Assembly (NCBI GenBank): GCA_947489085.1
Contig: CANLCJ010000007.1
Location: forward strand, 36,467-100,466
Origin: an uncultured Flavobacteriaceae bacterium
GTDB taxonomy: Bacteria; Bacteroidota; Bacteroidia; Flavobacteriales; Flavobacteriaceae
Length of the DNA stretch: 64,000 bases
Direction: 5' to 3'
Shown here: piece by piece, positions 60,248 to 64,000 of the stretch
Layout: every line of letters starts with the position of its first letter
Position numbering within the stretch: the first letter of the stretch is position 1
Made by a program: the position numbers and the translations under genes
Notes under the pieces: model-generated
The model's input: only the letters and a program-made list of their open reading frames with translations
The model's database searches: none
Told to the model about the DNA's origin: nothing

Positions 60248-61303
60248 TTAGTATAACGAATTTCCAATACCCACCAAAACAACGGATAAAATAATTACAA
60301 CAATTCCCGATGTTATTGTTAATTTAGTGTTTTTAGCAACGCCATGCCACTCCTTGCGGTACACCCCCCAAAGGTTTGCGGTTAAAATAATGGTAGACAT
60401 GTGTAAAATCCAAGAACTGGCACCATTACCTAATTTGCTTTCGCCCATACCGTAAAAGAAAAACTGTAAAAACCAAACGGTACCTGCCAAAGTAGAAAAC
60501 AGTACGTTTTTAGAAATAGGCGTTTGCTTATTTGTAAAGTCTTTATACGCTTTGTTTTTTAGGCTCAAATAAGTAGTCCATACCAAATTAGAGACTAAAC
60601 CACCCCAAAGAATAACTACAAAAGTAACGTTGTTTGCAAATAAATGATCGTAGCCTGATGCAACAGCTGCGTCTGCTAAAGGTTTACCCGATTCGATCCC
60701 AAAGCTAAAAAATGAACTTAATATGCCCGAAAGCACAGCAACTATTAGGCCTTTTACCAAATTAAATTCTGTTACACTCTTCTTCTTTTCTTCATCAGAC
60801 AATTCTTTTTCTTTTAGCATACCTGCTTTTCCGCAAATTGCAATACCTATCAAACACACTAAAACCCCAAGTAAAACGACTTTTCCTCCAGAAGTCGCTA
60901 TCATGTCTGTAAAGGAGGTTTTCCCCTCCTCTGGATTAAAGTTGTAATATATTGATGGGACTATGGCTCCAAATGCTGCACAAAAGCCCAAAACGACTGA
61001 GTTTCCTAAAGACATCCCTAAGTACCGTACGCCTAAACCATAAGACAAACCACCTATGCCCCAAAGCAACCCCATTAAAAAGGTAAACCCTAAAATTGTG
61101 CTTGAACTTGATGCTATAATTTCTACAAACCCTGGGACGGTTAAATAGGCTGCTATTGGGGGTACAATAAGCCAAGACATAACACCGCCTACCATCCAGT
61201 AGGTTTCCCATGCCCACCCTTTTACTTTATTATAGGGCATATAAAAACTACCTGCGGCTACGCCTCCTAAAGCATGAAATAAAACTCCTAATAGTGCCTG
61301 CAT
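60248..61303 (-). CDS. rhaT: L-rhamnose/H+ symporter
   Basis: GVLFHALGG.AAGSFYMPY.KVKGWAWETYW, LWGIGGLSYGLGVRYLGMSLG, WFLQFFFYGMG, SWILHM; about 10 TM segments. Confidence 0.95.
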   Translation of the reverse strand: MQALLGVLFHALGGVAAGSFYMPYNKVKGWAWETYWMVGGVMSWLIVPPIAAYLTVPGFVEIIASSSSTILGFTFLMGLLWGIGGLSYGLGVRYLGMSLGNSVVLGFCAAFGAIVPSIYYNFNPEEGKTSFTDMIATSGGKVVLLGVLVCLIGIAICGKAGMLKEKELSDEEKKKSVTEFNLVKGLIVAVLSGILSSFFSFGIESGKPLADAAVASGYDHLFANNVTFVVILWGGLVSNLVWTTYLSLKNKAYKDFTNKQTPISKNVLFSTLAGTVWFLQFFFYGMGESKLGNGASSWILHMSTIILTANLWGVYRKEWHGVAKNTKLTITSGIVVIILSVVLVGIGNSLY

Positions 61304-61321
61304 AATTTTTGAATCTACTTA

Positions 61322-62719
61322 TTACTCCTTTATTTTATTGATGTATTCTGGGTTTTCAGTTTTTGGAATAGCTGCATTTGTATCTTTCCACCAAGTCTTT
61401 AAAAGCGCTACCATTTCGGCTGCTTTTTCAGGATTTTTTTCTGCGAGATTGTGTCTTTCTGCGATGTCTTCAGACAAATTGTATAATTCAATAGCATTAT
61501 CTTCAAAATAATAATGGAGTTTCCAGTCTCCTTTTCTTACCACAGATCCTGGACGTGTTCTAAATAAAGGGTCGCGATTTTCGTTATCGTTTACATTATA
61601 AGCTTCTAAATAAATAGGGAAATGCCAAAATAGAGGTCGCTCGAAAATCTGTACATCTTCTTCTAAAACGGGTGCTAAATTAGCTCCGTCTAATTGAAGC
61701 GCACTGGCATCTACTCCAGCATATTTTAATACCGTTGGAAAAATATCTAAGTTCGTTATGGGAACTTCACTCTTTGTGTTTGCTTTAATCTTATCTTTCA
61801 ATACAAAGAAAAAAGGTTCTCTAATACCGCCTTCGTAATAGCTTCCTTTTCCTGCTCTAAGTGGTTTTTGTTTTGTTATGCCATACAAACCACCATTATC
61901 TGAAGTAAAAACAATAAGTGTGTTATCTAAAAGGTTTTTGTCTTTTAACTTATTGATAAGTAAGCCTATATTTCTATCTAAATTATCTACCATAGAGGCA
62001 TATTTGGCATTGCCTTGCCCCTTCCATGGCGATTTTTTCTCGTATTTAGGCACAATACTATCTACTGCCATTATAGGCACGTGTACGGCATAGGGTGAAT
62101 AGTTTAAATAAAATGGTTTTTGAACGCTGTCTACAAATTTTAAAGCGTGTTCCATCACCAAATCGGTTAAATACTCGCTATTGCCTTTTTCAATCTTCAC
62201 ATTTTTATAAGGCGGGTAATAGCTTCTAGGCAGCCCATTATGCCCTCCTCCAATATTCACATCAAAACCATACTCTAAAGGGTTATCACTTAAATGCCAT
62301 TTTCCCGCATGGCAGGTTAGGTATCCATTTTCATGCAAAACCTTTGGTAAAATGAGGTGTTTTGGGGATAAGGTATGGGTGTTTTTTATGGGAATTATTT
62401 TTCTATCTTCAGATTTACCTCGTGTTGAAGGGCTAACGGTGTAAACGCCGTGTCGTGGTGTCCACTGCCCCGTCATTAAACTGGCTCTACTAGGGGCGCA
62501 GTTAGAGGCCGATGCATAGCCGTTTGTAAATACCATTCCTAAACTGGAGAGGTGATCTATATTAGGGGTTTCATAGTATTTGCTTCCCATAAAACCAACA
62601 TCTTTCCAGCCCATGTCATCCACATTTATAATGATGATATTAGGTCGGGGTGGTGTATCTTGTTTGCTTTTACAAGCTACACACAGTAGTAACATTAAGC
62701 ATAAAGCTATTATTCTCAT
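61322..62719 (-). CDS. S1 sulfatase (tentatively S1_16), lipoprotein
   Basis: RPNIIIINVDDMG, CAPSR, GKWHL, TSDNGG, LRAGKGSYYEGGIR, WHFPIY; lipobox CVAC. Confidence 0.9.
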   Translation of the reverse strand: MRIIALCLMLLLCVACKSKQDTPPRPNIIIINVDDMGWKDVGFMGSKYYETPNIDHLSSLGMVFTNGYASASNCAPSRASLMTGQWTPRHGVYTVSPSTRGKSEDRKIIPIKNTHTLSPKHLILPKVLHENGYLTCHAGKWHLSDNPLEYGFDVNIGGGHNGLPRSYYPPYKNVKIEKGNSEYLTDLVMEHALKFVDSVQKPFYLNYSPYAVHVPIMAVDSIVPKYEKKSPWKGQGNAKYASMVDNLDRNIGLLINKLKDKNLLDNTLIVFTSDNGGLYGITKQKPLRAGKGSYYEGGIREPFFFVLKDKIKANTKSEVPITNLDIFPTVLKYAGVDASALQLDGANLAPVLEEDVQIFERPLFWHFPIYLEAYNVNDNENRDPLFRTRPGSVVRKGDWKLHYYFEDNAIELYNLSEDIAERHNLAEKNPEKAAEMVALLKTWWKDTNAAIPKTENPEYINKIKE

Positions 62720-62774
62720 TGTTTTTTAATTTTGTGAGCTAATTTAAAATTTAAATAAACTTTGTTTTAATTTT

Positions 62775-64000
62775 CTATAATTTCTTTATTCTATAAACAT
62801 TAATTTTAACAGGACCTATTAAACCAGATGGTAAAAGTTCTGAGTTTTTATTGTAATGTTTAAATGCTGCTAAAGTAACACGTTCTGTTGGTCTATTGGT
62901 ATTGTTTAAAAGCCACTCGGGCCATTCTTTTATATGTGGCCCTCTTCGTTTGTAATCTAGCTCCAACTGTTCGTCGCCAATTAATCGGTTTGGCCAAAGG
63001 TTTGTAATTTTTACTTCAAGTGTGTTGGTGCCTTTTACCACAGCGTCATCAATATTAATGCTGTACGGAGCTTTCCATAATACTCCAAGGTTTTTTCCAT
63101 TAAGGATAACTTCTGCAATTACCTTTACATTGCCTAAATCTAATTGCAAGGCGTTGCTAGGCTTAAGTAGCTCTGCGGTTATATTGAATTCTTTTTTATA
63201 GCTTGCAGTACCTGAAAAATAGCGAATTTCCTTTTCTGTAGCGTCAGCCCATGACATGAGTTGCTGAAACGTCGTGTGTAAAGTATCTTTATTTATTAAT
63301 GGAAAACTCACGTTCCATGCATTAGAAAGCGCAATAGGCTTAGGTATTGCTTTTACTGTTAAGGTTTTGGGTTTTCCCTTGGAAGTACTATAAGTAATTT
63401 TACCAGTATATGGAGTGACCCAAGCCACTGTATTATTAGTGTTAACTAATTTAGACCTAGGGCTTTCCTGTGTTAACTTTAGAATGCTTCCTTCGGCAAC
63501 TAAAGCTGTTTTCGTTTCATTACTAATGGTATAACTAACACGTAACGCATTTTTAGTGTTATTGTTTTTATTTAGTAAACTATCGTTTACAGAAATTTTA
63601 TAGGTGCCAGAATCTACGATTGCTTTTATTTTTTCTGTAACATCGTAAATAGGTTTATTTGGCGGGATGTTATGTGTTCCTCTTGCAAATTTCCCAAAAA
63701 CAGCTTTTAAAATCACTAATTGTCCTTTGTTAGCCGCATCTATCTCTAGCCATTCTTTTTCCATGGCATTTTTTTCGTGAAGCACTTCTCCAATTTTATA
63801 TTGAATACGCAACTCTTTTTTATAGCCAGGAGCTGGGTCGCCAGAACAAAGATTGCGAGTCGCCTGCACAGACAATTTGTTATTAGCAACGCTTTTAGCT
63901 ACTTTCTCTGTTACGTCAACCAAACCATCAGGTAAAAATGTTCCGTATTCTGCTTTTATTATTTGTAATTCTGAAGGCAAAACGGGTTCGGGTTTTTGAG
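62775..64000 (-). CDS. C-terminal part of a GH106-type alpha-L-rhamnosidase with two DUF3395/SUEL-like repeats (starts beyond the window)
   Basis: IRYFSGTASY, LDLGNVKVIAEV.LNGKNLGVLWKAPY, LEVKITNLWPNRLIGD, LLPSGLIGPV. The frame is open to the window end, so the track's start is not the real one. Confidence 0.8.
   Translation of the reverse strand, partial: QKPEPVLPSELQIIKAEYGTFLPDGLVDVTEKVAKSVANNKLSVQATRNLCSGDPAPGYKKELRIQYKIGEVLHEKNAMEKEWLEIDAANKGQLVILKAVFGKFARGTHNIPPNKPIYDVTEKIKAIVDSGTYKISVNDSLLNKNNNTKNALRVSYTISNETKTALVAEGSILKLTQESPRSKLVNTNNTVAWVTPYTGKITYSTSKGKPKTLTVKAIPKPIALSNAWNVSFPLINKDTLHTTFQQLMSWADATEKEIRYFSGTASYKKEFNITAELLKPSNALQLDLGNVKVIAEVILNGKNLGVLWKAPYSINIDDAVVKGTNTLEVKITNLWPNRLIGDEQLELDYKRRGPHIKEWPEWLLNNTNRPTERVTLAAFKHYNKNSELLPSGLIGPVKINVYRIKKL

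Noticed and set aside
823-62093. Numerous 60-140 aa ORFs antisense to, or out of frame within, the large genes (e.g. 6383..6787, 46617..47045, 58404..58757)
   Set aside because: They overlap well-supported CDSs and show no motifs. The pair 55528..55797 / 59943..60251 is similar only because the sense genes are duplicated.
1-64000. Mobile elements, CRISPR arrays, tRNA or rRNA
   Set aside because: No transposase or integrase motifs, no regularly spaced repeat-spacer array and no RNA-gene signatures seen by eye.

Overview
AT-rich window from a marine Bacteroidota genome, most likely Flavobacteriaceae (inferred from lipoprotein signals, T9SS C-terminal domains and gene families). It is essentially one large ulvan / sulfated-rhamnan utilisation locus, almost all on the - strand. 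It encodes five alpha-L-rhamnosidases (3 GH78, 2 partial GH106) and six Cys-type S1 sulfatases. The lyases are one PL24 plus two divergent PL24-like T9SS cargo proteins, a PL28 plus a divergent PL28/PL7-like protein, a PL40-like and a PL8. Also present are GH2, two GH3, GH5, GH43, DUF1080, rhaM and rhaT. No rRNA, tRNA, CRISPR, IS element, SusC/SusD pair or regulator gene was recognised. Three things stand out. (1) Directly downstream of rhaT lies a tandemly duplicated, planctomycete-type cassette of unknown function. It pairs a membrane-anchored dihaem cytochrome c DUF1549/DUF1553 protein carrying a rhamnosidase-type (CBM67-like) insert with a Tat-lipoprotein DUF1501, and ends with a Tat-exported PAL-like beta-propeller; this suggests a sugar-targeted periplasmic redox system. 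(2) A CAGGATA direct-repeat motif with 10-bp period recurs upstream of many genes and is a candidate regulon operator. (3) A jelly-roll lyase with PL28 architecture but a PL7-type Q-x-H centre. All family assignments come from motif recognition by eye, not database searches.
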